DNA from: Candidatus Latescibacterota bacterium
Lineage (GTDB): Bacteria > Latescibacterota > UBA2968 > UBA8231
Direction of reading: 5' to 3'
NCBI GenBank assembly: GCA_965242865.1
Contig: CBDETK010000012.1
Location: 1-21,965, forward strand
Length of the DNA: 21,965 bases
Numbering within the stretch: position 1 is the first letter of the stretch; each line of letters starts with the position of its first letter. This document shows, in pieces, positions 1 to 8,385 of this stretch. The position numbers and the translations under genes are program-made. A model generated the notes under the pieces. That model did no database searches, was not told the origin of the DNA, and saw only the letters and a list, made by a program, of their open reading frames with translations.

Positions 1-3
1 GTT

Positions 4-585
4 TCAAGCTGCATGACCGATCGCCTCTTGCCAGACAGCGACGGTCCGGCGCGCCCAACCATGCAGGAAGCGTTGATTACTCGGACGATCCCGTACCGAG
101 TCGCAGTACAGGGCTATGCAGGCTATGCAGTAGCCCTTCTGCATGTCGGATGCGTTGAGGTCCGGTGACAACCAGTCCTCTACGGCCTGCCGGGTATTCC
201 TGCCCCACAGCCCATCGACGAACTTCGGCGACCCCAACAGGGGATTCGTCCACACCACCAATTGCTGCAGGGCGGCGATGGCGCGCTTGGGGCTGGTTGC
301 GGCCATGTGCGCGTACTGAAGCTGCAACGGCCTCGGCACGTGCTCGATATGGTTGGACTTCAGGTAAGTATCCCAAAAACGCAGCAGCATGGGCATCAGC
401 AAGTCTTGCAAGTCTGGCGAGTTCTTATTGCCGGTCCAGCGGTCCACTTCGTCCCAGCCTTCCCAGCCGGGATTGTAGTGCCGGGCAATGCCGGCATAGG
501 TCTCGCCGCCGCTGTCGTTGGGGTCGTTGACGTAGCCGCCCTCCGATTTGAGGACGGAAACGAGGATGGCATGCTCTACCATCAT
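4..585 (-). CDS. Glycoside hydrolase family 108 lysozyme/endolysin with peptidoglycan-binding C-terminus
   Basis: EGGYVNDPNDSGGETYAGI is the GH108 signature. VDGLWGRNT and RFLHGWARR are typical C-terminal motifs of this family. Confidence 0.92.
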   Translation of the reverse strand: MMVEHAILVSVLKSEGGYVNDPNDSGGETYAGIARHYNPGWEGWDEVDRWTGNKNSPDLQDLLMPMLLRFWDTYLKSNHIEHVPRPLQLQYAHMAATSPKRAIAALQQLVVWTNPLLGSPKFVDGLWGRNTRQAVEDWLSPDLNASDMQKGYCIACIALYCDSVRDRPSNQRFLHGWARRTVAVWQEAIGHAA

Positions 586-749
586 CGCTCCTTTCTTTGC
601 GCGCGCTCGCGTTTACGCTTATTCCGCGCGGCCAAGTTCCGCAGATTCATGGCGTGGCGCTTTGAGCAGTGCGGCGAGCACGTCTTGATGCGAGGGTTTA
701 AGGCACGGCGATACCCATCGATTGGGCTGCCGCAGACTGCACAGTTCAT
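582..749 (-). CDS. Small Cys4 zinc-binding protein with basic tail (55 aa), putative DNA-binding/regulator
   Basis: ATG at 749 preceded by AGGAGG. Contains CAVC...TCSPHC and a K/R-rich C-terminus. Its stop overlaps the lysozyme start. Confidence 0.75.
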   Translation of the reverse strand: MNCAVCGSPIDGYRRALNPRIKTCSPHCSKRHAMNLRNLAARNKRKRERAQRKER

Positions 750-814
750 AGAGCCTCCTGATTGCACAGACAAATAAATATGATGTGTCTGCGGATGTCC
801 AGCACTTTTTTTTA

Positions 815-896
815 TCCACAAATCCACAGCCCCTAGTACTACGATCCAAGGCTGTGGATTTGTCCTTACCACTACTAGGGGCTGTGGATTTGTGGA
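815..896. repeat. Perfect 24-bp inverted repeat with 34-bp spacer
   Basis: TCCACAAATCCACAGCCCCTAGTA (815-838) pairs with TACTAGGGGCTGTGGATTTGTGGA (873-896). GGCTGTGGATTTGT is also directly repeated at 850-863 and 880-893. Confidence 0.95.
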
Positions 897-910
897 CCCG
901 CCTATGAAGG

Positions 911-946
911 AAGGATGTAGAAAGGATGTGGAAAGAATGTGGAAAA
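911..946 (+). repeat. Three imperfect 11-bp tandem repeats
   Basis: AAGGATGTAGA, AAGGATGTGGA, AAGAATGTGGA. Confidence 0.9.
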
Positions 947-1014
947 CTAGCGATGCCCATACATCTTGCTATCTTTTCCACAAGATGGTGTGGAAAGGGG
1001 GTGGGCATGAAAAA

Positions 1015-2616
1015 GTGAAGGACGAGACCAAAAAAAGAAGGGCCAATCACGCAGCGTACATGCGTGAGTGGCGGCGCAAGCAGAAGGAGAAAAAGGCCGC
1101 TGCGTCCGTATGTCTGCGTTCGGCAGCCGAGTATGAACCGGACCTCGACGGCTTTTTTGCGTGGGCCGAAGCCAAGCTGAAAGTGCCCTCGGGGCCGTTG
1201 CAGGGCGAACCCTTCCTCATCGACGATTGGCAACAGCACTTCCTCCGCGAAGCGCACACTGCGCGCGAAAGCGGGCTGTCGGTGGCGCGGAAGAATGGGA
1301 AGTCTGGCCTAATAGCCGCCTACGTGCTGGGCCACTTGGTGGGGCCGCTCAATCGGCCCGATTGGCGCGGGGTCGTAATTAGCCTAACTGGCGAGCTGGC
1401 CAAAGAGCTGCGGCTGGCCATCTCATTAACGGCCGAAGCGAGCGGCTTCGAAATAATCGACCGGCAAACGCCCCAACCGGGTCGCGTCGAAGGCGACCGC
1501 GGGGCCGCGGTCAAATTCTTAGCCAGCGACCGGGCGACCGGGCACGCCATCGGCAGCGACTTAGCGATTATCGATGAGGCCGGCTTGCTCGAAGAGACAC
1601 ACCGCGAGCTATGGAACGCGGTGCTGTCCTCGACCAGCGGTCGCAACGGGCGCTTGCTCTGCATCAGCATTCAGGGGATGGGGCCGATGTTCAAGGAGAT
1701 GCGCGACCGCGCTCAGCGCGGAGTCTGCTGGCATGAATATGCCGCGCCGTTGACCGCGGCCATCGACCAGCCCCAGACCTGGCATGCGGCTAATCCGGGT
1801 TTACGCCGCGGCATTAAGTCCATGGAGTATATGCGCGACATGGCGCAACGGGCGCTCGACAGCCCAGCCGATCAGCCCTCGTTCCGCGCCTACGACCTCA
1901 ACCAGCCGCAGGATCCATCGCGTGAAAGTTTGTGCAGCTTAACCGATTGGATGGCGTGCGTGCACAAAGAGCCTGCGCCGCGAAGGGGGCCGTGCGTGAT
2001 TGGCTTCGACCTGGGGGGCGCATCGAGTATGACCGCGCTATGCGCTTTTTGGCCAGCTACGGGACGGGCCGAAGCATGGGGCGCGTTCCCCTCGACGCCG
2101 AATTTAATCGACCGCGGTGCCCGCGATGGAGTGGGCGGCCTGTACCAGCGCATGGCCGATCGCGGCGAGCTGAAGGTGTACCCGGGTCGAGTGACGCCGG
2201 TCGGAGAATTTCTGCTTGACTGCGCGGACCAGCTAAAAAATCAGGAAGTGTCGGCTGCCGGATGCGACCGCTATCGGGCGGCCGAAGCCGCCCAAGCCCT
2301 GCAGCAGGCGGCCATCAGTTGGCCGATGGTCTACCGCGGGCAGGGCGCGTCCGCCGGGGCCGACGGCAGCCACGATGTCCGAGCGTTCCAGCGCTACGTG
2401 TTGCGCGCCGACTGGTCGATGGCAGAAAGCCTGCTATTCGAAAGTGCGGTACGCGAATCCTCGATTCGCCGGGATCCGGCGGGCAACCCCGCGCTGGAAC
2501 GCTCCCGCTCGCGGGGGCGCATCGACGTACTGCAGGCTGGGGTGATTGCCGCGGGGCTGGGCGAGCTGCTGTTGGGAACGATCGGGCTGCCGCGGGCGCG
2601 GGTGGTGTTGGCGTGA
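1015..2616 (+). CDS. terL: Terminase large subunit (HK97-like/Terminase_1 type)
   Basis: Walker A VARKNGKS, Walker B LAIIDEAG, WHAANPGL, nuclease motifs IGFDLG and RIDVLQA. Start is uncertain: GTG 1015 chosen, ATG 1060 is an alternative. Confidence 0.95.
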   Translation: MKDETKKRRANHAAYMREWRRKQKEKKAAASVCLRSAAEYEPDLDGFFAWAEAKLKVPSGPLQGEPFLIDDWQQHFLREAHTARESGLSVARKNGKSGLIAAYVLGHLVGPLNRPDWRGVVISLTGELAKELRLAISLTAEASGFEIIDRQTPQPGRVEGDRGAAVKFLASDRATGHAIGSDLAIIDEAGLLEETHRELWNAVLSSTSGRNGRLLCISIQGMGPMFKEMRDRAQRGVCWHEYAAPLTAAIDQPQTWHAANPGLRRGIKSMEYMRDMAQRALDSPADQPSFRAYDLNQPQDPSRESLCSLTDWMACVHKEPAPRRGPCVIGFDLGGASSMTALCAFWPATGRAEAWGAFPSTPNLIDRGARDGVGGLYQRMADRGELKVYPGRVTPVGEFLLDCADQLKNQEVSAAGCDRYRAAEAAQALQQAAISWPMVYRGQGASAGADGSHDVRAFQRYVLRADWSMAESLLFESAVRESSIRRDPAGNPALERSRSRGRIDVLQAGVIAAGLGELLLGTIGLPRARVVLA

Positions 2617-2656
2617 AGCTTAATCGTTTGTCGAGCCTAAAAGCGGAAAAAAAAAC

Positions 2657-2938
2657 GTGAAGCCTTCCGTCAGCGTACGCCAAGCGCGCCGCAACTACCA
2701 GCTTCCGCGCTGGCGGCAGCTGCGGCGGCAGGTGTTTGAGCGCGACGGCTGGCGCTGCCGCCAGTGCGGGCGGGCCGGTCGATTGGAGTGCGATCATATC
2801 CGCAACTGGCGCGAAGGCGGCCCCTTCTGGTCGATGCACAATTTGCAGGCGCTGTGTAGGGGGTGCCATATTGAAAAGACGAGCCGCGAGGTGAAAGCGC
2901 GTAAACTCCAGTGGGACGATAGGTTGCAGGGGCTATGA
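2657..2938 (+). CDS. HNH endonuclease (HK97 gp74-like packaging cofactor)
   Basis: RWRQLRRQVFERDGWRCRQC...ECDHI...GG...NLQALCRGCHIEKT, adjacent to TerL. Confidence 0.93.
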   Translation: MKPSVSVRQARRNYQLPRWRQLRRQVFERDGWRCRQCGRAGRLECDHIRNWREGGPFWSMHNLQALCRGCHIEKTSREVKARKLQWDDRLQGL

Positions 2939-3984
2939 CGGAAGCAGTTCAGCCGCTTGATACAGTGCTGACGTGGAAGGACGTCGGGGATGGGGCGCCA
3001 GCGCAGGGCCTGATTGTCGAGGTAGGCGAAGGGGACGCAGAGCCGGCAGTCACCGGGAGAGAGGTGCGTGTTACGCCCGAGTTTGTGTTTAGCGGGGGCG
3101 TACAAGAAATGAGATTTCCGACTCGGCCGCAGGACCTGGCGGTGACAGATCCTATCCGAGTCACGGCCGGCAACTCCATATATTTAGCCGGGCATTCTGT
3201 GAATTCTATTGCTGAGTGGTATATAGCGGTCCAGTTAAACGCCGCGGTGCTTAGCGATACGAGCGCGGCTGTAAGAACGTTGGTCGAGGCCACCGGCACA
3301 GCCGGCACCGTCTTGCAGAATCCGCCCGCTCTTATCGGACTCAATATTGGTCCAAATTCGCCGTTGCCGAGCTACGTTATCGCGGCCGCCGGCCTGTCGC
3401 CGGGGGCGACCTTTCCAGACAATCAAGAGGTCGTCACCACGCTAAATTTGAGCTGGAACGGCCTCAACAGTTTTAACGATAGAATCCGGGGCACCCACTT
3501 GCTGGCGATTAAGCGGCCCATTGAAATTCGATACTTTGCGAACCACCGCTTCCTCGTTCTGCCAATCGCCAATAGCGACATCATATTTTCGTCGCGTTCG
3601 CGCCGCTCGGGCTTATCTGATTATAGAAGCAGGACGCCCATCCCAGGGACGCTGACGGCCCTGCCCGTGAATTGGACCTATCAAGGCGCGCCCACCGTTA
3701 GCCCTGAAGGTCCTTTCACGGCGCGCCGCCTGTTTGCTCGACGCGACGACAGCCAGGTCGAAACCGTCAATTACTCGACGGATGATGATGGCAATACAGT
3801 CGCCACGGTCCGAAGGGCTACCGATTTTATCGTCCGGCGCGACACCATCCCGCCGGTCAGTGCGCTACTTTCCGAGTTCGACACGTGGGACGGCAGCCGC
3901 CCGGTCTGGAGCGTCGAAACCGTCGAACATCTCGACCGCGCTCGCTTTGCTCGACTGAGGTGTTCCGAATTTGTTGTTGTGTAA
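2935..3984 (+). CDS. Putative head-closure/stopper (SPP1 gp16-like) protein with a large inserted domain, 349 aa
   Basis: N-terminal LDTVLTW and C-terminal LFARR...TDFIVRR...WSVETVEHLDRARFARLRCSE resemble the head-tail joining family pattern. ATGA overlap with HNH. The CDS is solid; the function is inferred. Confidence 0.55.
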   Translation: MTEAVQPLDTVLTWKDVGDGAPAQGLIVEVGEGDAEPAVTGREVRVTPEFVFSGGVQEMRFPTRPQDLAVTDPIRVTAGNSIYLAGHSVNSIAEWYIAVQLNAAVLSDTSAAVRTLVEATGTAGTVLQNPPALIGLNIGPNSPLPSYVIAAAGLSPGATFPDNQEVVTTLNLSWNGLNSFNDRIRGTHLLAIKRPIEIRYFANHRFLVLPIANSDIIFSSRSRRSGLSDYRSRTPIPGTLTALPVNWTYQGAPTVSPEGPFTARRLFARRDDSQVETVNYSTDDDGNTVATVRRATDFIVRRDTIPPVSALLSEFDTWDGSRPVWSVETVEHLDRARFARLRCSEFVVV

Positions 3985-4007
3985 CCCATTCACAGGAGGA
4001 CTTCCCT

Positions 4008-5279
4008 TTGACCCCTTTGCAGAAACTCCAAGTTCGGCAGTCCGAGCTTCGTCAGCGCGTCAACGATTTGTTGGGCAAGGACACGCTCGAAGACGCGGAG
4101 GCGACCGAGCTGGAAAAAGCCACCCGCGAGCTGCAGGACATCGAGCCGAAATTGCGGGCCGCGCTCGTAGCCCAAGACGACGGCTCGACCGCGGACGAAG
4201 ACCCCGCGGACGACGAACAAAAGCGCGACGACAACCCGGACGCCGAAGTCCGCGAGCTGCAGGAGCTATCCTGCCGCGCCCTGCTGTCCAACTTCGCCGT
4301 CTCAGCCCTCAGCCAGCGCAACGCCGAAGGCGCGGAAAAAGAGCTGGCCGAAGCGTTCAAAATCCCCGCGGACGCCGGCCACATCCCGCTGATTATGCTG
4401 GTCGCGCCCGAAGAGCGGGCCGATGCGGTCAGCGACTTCAATGCCGCGGACGCGCCGGTGTCTTCGGGCCGCTTCCTGGCGCGGGTGTTCACCACGTCGA
4501 TAGCCCGCTGGCTGGGCGTCACCTTCGAGAGCGTGCCCGTAGGCGAGCGCGTCCACACGGTGCTCACCGGCGGCGTCGATCCGGACACCGTAGCCCGCGC
4601 TGCCGCCCACGATGCGGACGCGGCCACGCTGTCGACGGTCGTCATGGATCCGCACCGCATCACGGCGCGGTACCTGTTCGAGCTCGAAGATTTGGCGCGG
4701 CTGCCGCAGTTGGAAGCGCGGCTGAGGCAGGACTTGTCGATGGCGTTGGCCAACGAGATGGACGATCAGATTTTCAACGGCAACGCCCAACTGATGTCCA
4801 ACGGCCTGTCCAACGCGCTGGCGGCCGGCCAGACCGAGACGGTAGCCACCTTCTCGACGGCGACCGCCGAAGACCTCCATGGGGACGTCCTCTCGGCGAT
4901 TGATGGGGTGTACGCGACCATGCTCGAGGACGTGCGGTTGGCGATGGATAGCAGCTCGCTGGTCGCATTCAAGAAGTTGGTCAATGCGGACGTGGAAATG
5001 TTCCTCTACGACATCCTCAAGATGCAGGGGCTGTCGATGAACTCGTCCAACCACATCGCGGGCGGGCAGCTGGCCGACGGCGACAAGTGGGCCTATGCCT
5101 CGAAGGGGCGCGGGCTGGCCGGCGCCGCGATCGCGGCCGTGTGGCCGTCCCTGCAGCTCATCCGCGATCCGTACACGGCCGCGGCCAAGGGCCAAGTCGC
5201 CCTCACCATCATTCAGATGTGGGATTTCGCCCTCATTCGCGCGGCCAACTTCCGCCGCTTCGTCGCGACCGCGAAGTGA
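4008..5279 (+). CDS. Major capsid protein, HK97 fold with N-terminal coiled-coil scaffold (delta) domain, 423 aa
   Basis: AGGAGG at 3994-3999 before TTG 4008. Contains LRQDLSMALANEMDDQIFNG and the C-terminal LIRDPYTAAAKGQVALTIIQMWDFALIRAANF. Confidence 0.92.
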   Translation: MTPLQKLQVRQSELRQRVNDLLGKDTLEDAEATELEKATRELQDIEPKLRAALVAQDDGSTADEDPADDEQKRDDNPDAEVRELQELSCRALLSNFAVSALSQRNAEGAEKELAEAFKIPADAGHIPLIMLVAPEERADAVSDFNAADAPVSSGRFLARVFTTSIARWLGVTFESVPVGERVHTVLTGGVDPDTVARAAAHDADAATLSTVVMDPHRITARYLFELEDLARLPQLEARLRQDLSMALANEMDDQIFNGNAQLMSNGLSNALAAGQTETVATFSTATAEDLHGDVLSAIDGVYATMLEDVRLAMDSSSLVAFKKLVNADVEMFLYDILKMQGLSMNSSNHIAGGQLADGDKWAYASKGRGLAGAAIAAVWPSLQLIRDPYTAAAKGQVALTIIQMWDFALIRAANFRRFVATAK

Positions 5280-5824
5280 CCGCGGCCAAACAATCCGCCG
5301 CCCTGCCACTGGCCTTTACCCGCAACGAGAGCGGGGACCTAGCGAGGGGGTTAGGCACTGTGCGCGGGGCGGCTATTATCTGGGGGGACGTAGCCCGATT
5401 AGGCCGGGGCGCGTTTGCCTTGCGCGAGCAGTTCAAGCGCGGGGCGTTGACGCCCTACAACCGCGGGGTGATAGCGTCCGTCCAGCACGACCGCTCGCAA
5501 TTGCTGGCGCAATACCCTAACGGCGGCCTGCGGCTCGACAGCCGCGATCGCGGCTACTTCGTCGAAATTGATCTACCCGATACCACCGTGGGGCGCGATG
5601 CGGCCGCGCTCATCGACCGCGGGGCGCTTCGGGGCTTGTCGATTGAGTTTGTCGATGAGAAAATCCGTGACCGCGGCCACCGCGATATCGTCATCGAGCG
5701 GGCCACCATAACGGGCGTTTCCATCGTCGATCGGCCGGCCTATCCCCAATCGGAGATCGAGTTTATTCAACGTTGGCTCGACGCGCCGCCGGCGAAACCT
5801 TCACGGAGATCACGATGGCTCTAA
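5276..5824 (+). CDS. HK97-family prohead protease, 182 aa
   Basis: GTGA overlap with capsid stop. Motifs EQFKRGA, QHDR, LPDTTVGRD, GLSIEF and VSIVDRPAYP. Confidence 0.92.
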   Translation: MTAAKQSAALPLAFTRNESGDLARGLGTVRGAAIIWGDVARLGRGAFALREQFKRGALTPYNRGVIASVQHDRSQLLAQYPNGGLRLDSRDRGYFVEIDLPDTTVGRDAAALIDRGALRGLSIEFVDEKIRDRGHRDIVIERATITGVSIVDRPAYPQSEIEFIQRWLDAPPAKPSRRSRWL

Positions 5825-8385
5825 CCGTCGCTCAACTGCTCAACGCGATACGGGCCGCGCCCGAAGGCGAGGTCGTCAGCGCCCAACTGACGGCGATTGG
5901 CACGCGCCTGTTGGCGGTCGGGCGTGCGCTGGTCGATACCTACGCGCCGCTGGCCCCCGAAGACGTGCGCGACGAGGCGGTTATTAGGGTGGCTGGCTAT
6001 CTCTACGACGCGCCCAACGTGACGCGCTCTGGGGTGGCCTGGAACGAAAGCGGAGCGCACGCGCTGGTCGACCCGTGGGTACAGCGCGGCGTTGCGCCGG
6101 TCGATTTTGACTTGACGGCCGTGGCCGCGGCCAGCCAGGGCGCGGGCGTGGACGAAGATGCGGTCGAAGCGATTGTGCGGCGGCTGGTTGCCGACTGGGC
6201 CGAAGCCGATAGTTCGGCTGCCGTCCCAGAAGCGAAGCTGCCCAGCGATTCAACCGCGTTCATCGAACTGGGCAGCTTTGTGTTCAATGCCTCTGGCACC
6301 ACGTTCGTAGACAGCAATATTGCTCTGCCGGCTGCCGGCTGGATTATAATCGACTTCGATGGGGGCCGAACGTTTTGGATTGACAGCGCTAAGTTCCGAC
6401 TGGGCCGCGCCCAAGTCGCAGGCGCTGCGCCGGCTGCCGGGGATTCGCTTCAATTTCCCGGTGCCATCGGGCATGGCTCCGTCTTTATTGATATTTGGCT
6501 GGGCCACACCGCCGCTCAAAACATCTTGGTCAGCAATCGAAGGGGCTCAGGTGCGACCGGGTTTAGTGTCTATCGCGTATCGATTGGCTCCAGTAGCGGC
6601 GGTTTAACCCAAGCGCAGGTCGATGCGCGCATTGGCGCCCGCGTCGAGGCGTGGGCTACGCAAGGCTCAGGGGATACGCCGGCCGCGGCCGATTTAGCCG
6701 ACAACCCGAACGTGGGCCAAGTGCTCAAGGCCGCGTCCGACGGCGACGCGGAATGGGCCAATGAATCCGGGGGCCTCACGCAAGCCCAGGTCGACGCCCG
6801 CGTGGCGGCCGTCGAGGGACCTGACCCAGCTACGTGGGCCGAAGACGGCAACGCGGACCAAATCCCCGCCAACAAGCTGGCCAACGCCCCGTCGGGCGGG
6901 GGCGGCCTCACTCAAGCGCAGGTCGACGCCCGGGTACAGGCCGGCGTCAAGGACAAAGCCGAGACCGGCGGCGGCAAGTGGGCCTACCCGGACGATTATA
7001 TCCTGCCGCAGGGCCTCGAAGCCCTGAACCGCGTCATGGCCGCCGGCGGCTGGGAAGCCCGTTCAGGCGACCTACAGGTGTCGGGGCCGCGGGCGGCGAC
7101 GTGGAACGCCAACCAAGCGACCGCGGCCTCCTTCGCCGACAGCGTCCAGCACGGCACGAGCCAAGAGAACTGGTATGTCTTAGTGCGGGCAGCCAACAGC
7201 TTAGGCAACGACCCCGCGAAATTTCGGCTCAACATCGACGACGACCTCTATCAGTCCCTGATGGGCGTGGCCGAAGTGTTCGACTCGGCTAATGCCATGT
7301 GGTACTATTTCGCCGTCCAAGTGTCGCGGCTGCCGGCCGGGGCTGTCGTCACAGCCGAGTATGACGAAGACGTTGAGCTGGGCGCGGATGTCGATGTCAA
7401 TGCGCCCAACGTCAAAGGCAATCTGACGGACGCTCGCATTGCCGCGGCCCGGGTGGACGGACTGGACGCGGCCATCGACCAGCGCGCCCCGCGGACCGCG
7501 GGGCTGGTAGAGCTGCACAACGGGGTGATGGGCGCGCCGACGCTGGTCGATCTGTCGGGCCACCGCTATTCCGTGCGGCAGGCGACGACGTTTGACCTCG
7601 ACGATCATCCGCAAGGGGTGTTCGAGTTCGAGGTGCGGCTGACGCTATCGGAAACCAGGGTCCCAATCAACCTGTCGCTTGCCAGCGACAGCGTCACTCG
7701 GACCGCGACGATTGAAGGGCTTTTGACGGCCACCGCGCTGAGCGCGTCCGCGGCCGCGGCCAACCCGGGGGCTGGCGTGGGACTCGTACAGGGGGAGGCG
7801 TCCCTGTACAGCGGCAGTGCCCTGCAAGGCAAGGTCAAATTCTACGTCGCGAAAGATGCCAACAACGTCGTCTGGAGCTATTTGGAGTACGATGGGGAGG
7901 CGACGGCGGTCAGTGGGAACGGGGCGTTGACGGCGAACTTGGTGTTCGACTTTCAGCGGTCGGATGGAGGGGGCGCCGCCGGCCCTAGTAGCCCCTGGAC
8001 GCTAGAGGACTCGAGCGTCAACAACTACAACATGAACCAGACAACTGGTAGAACACACACCGTAAACACCGATCTGGTCCTGCCTGCCGATTGGCAGAAT
8101 AAGTTTTTTATGATTACGAACTATAACGGCCCGACCTTTTTCTTCCGTGGTGGTGACTCTGCCCTAGTCGGTGGCTATGTCAGCTCGTCGCCTAGGAGGG
8201 TGCAAATTTGGGATTCAGAGGTGTCTTCGCTCTATATCGGCCGCACGTCTGCGGCCCTGCCTCGAAACCTGAGCTTTTACTCGAGCAGTAAAAGGCGTAG
8301 TGGGCCGACCTCTGGATCCAATGCACAGTACATGAGGATACTCATATCGCAGCCCCGGCTGTATTCGCAAGTGCTGCCGACGTAA
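5815..8385 (+). CDS. Head-tail adaptor (HK97 gp6/SPP1 gp15-like) N-terminal domain fused to a long fibre/adhesin-like extension, 856 aa
   Basis: GGAGA before ATG 5815. The first ~92 aa fit the gp6 pattern (RLLAVGRALVDTYAP.APEDVRDEAVIRVAGYLYD...ALVDPW). The remainder is G/A/S-rich with repeated linkers and beta-rich blocks. Confidence 0.75.
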   Translation: MALTVAQLLNAIRAAPEGEVVSAQLTAIGTRLLAVGRALVDTYAPLAPEDVRDEAVIRVAGYLYDAPNVTRSGVAWNESGAHALVDPWVQRGVAPVDFDLTAVAAASQGAGVDEDAVEAIVRRLVADWAEADSSAAVPEAKLPSDSTAFIELGSFVFNASGTTFVDSNIALPAAGWIIIDFDGGRTFWIDSAKFRLGRAQVAGAAPAAGDSLQFPGAIGHGSVFIDIWLGHTAAQNILVSNRRGSGATGFSVYRVSIGSSSGGLTQAQVDARIGARVEAWATQGSGDTPAAADLADNPNVGQVLKAASDGDAEWANESGGLTQAQVDARVAAVEGPDPATWAEDGNADQIPANKLANAPSGGGGLTQAQVDARVQAGVKDKAETGGGKWAYPDDYILPQGLEALNRVMAAGGWEARSGDLQVSGPRAATWNANQATAASFADSVQHGTSQENWYVLVRAANSLGNDPAKFRLNIDDDLYQSLMGVAEVFDSANAMWYYFAVQVSRLPAGAVVTAEYDEDVELGADVDVNAPNVKGNLTDARIAAARVDGLDAAIDQRAPRTAGLVELHNGVMGAPTLVDLSGHRYSVRQATTFDLDDHPQGVFEFEVRLTLSETRVPINLSLASDSVTRTATIEGLLTATALSASAAAANPGAGVGLVQGEASLYSGSALQGKVKFYVAKDANNVVWSYLEYDGEATAVSGNGALTANLVFDFQRSDGGGAAGPSSPWTLEDSSVNNYNMNQTTGRTHTVNTDLVLPADWQNKFFMITNYNGPTFFFRGGDSALVGGYVSSSPRRVQIWDSEVSSLYIGRTSAALPRNLSFYSSSKRRSGPTSGSNAQYMRILISQPRLYSQVLPT
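6598..6936 (+). repeat. Three copies of the coding repeat GGLTQAQVDAR(I/V)
   Basis: At 6598-6633, 6769-6804 and 6901-6936, with synonymous divergence between copies. Confidence 0.9.

Larger units (their letters stand above)
812..997. promoter_or_regulatory. DnaA-box cluster, putative oriC-like replication origin
   Basis: Perfect TTATCCACA at 812-820. Variants at 820-828, 853-861, 883-891, 891-899, 916-924, 927-935, 938-946, 974-982 and 989-997. Confidence 0.75.

Noticed and set aside
750-872. Extension of the Cys4 ORF to 96 aa
   Set aside because: It overlaps the inverted repeat, and a strong AGGAGG supports the ATG at 749.
812-997. CRISPR array or transposon ends as the explanation for the repeats
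   Set aside because: There is no regular repeat-spacer period, no cas or transposase gene, and the repeated core is the DnaA-box motif.
892-1014. ORF-track N-terminal extension of TerL (574 and 601 aa versions)
   Set aside because: It runs through the DnaA-box repeats and the G-rich indel and gives low-complexity sequence. The in-frame 81-bp indel is probably coincidence.
3971-5309. Long alternative-frame and antisense ORFs over the capsid gene (310, 233, 335 aa) and similar ones elsewhere
   Set aside because: These are Arg/Gly/Pro-rich shadow ORFs expected in high-GC coding DNA, with no recognisable motifs.
3885-5814. Longer ORF-track starts for capsid (3885), protease (5087) and adaptor (5773)
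   Set aside because: They overlap upstream genes extensively. Ribosome-binding sites or stop-start overlaps support 4008, 5276 and 5815.
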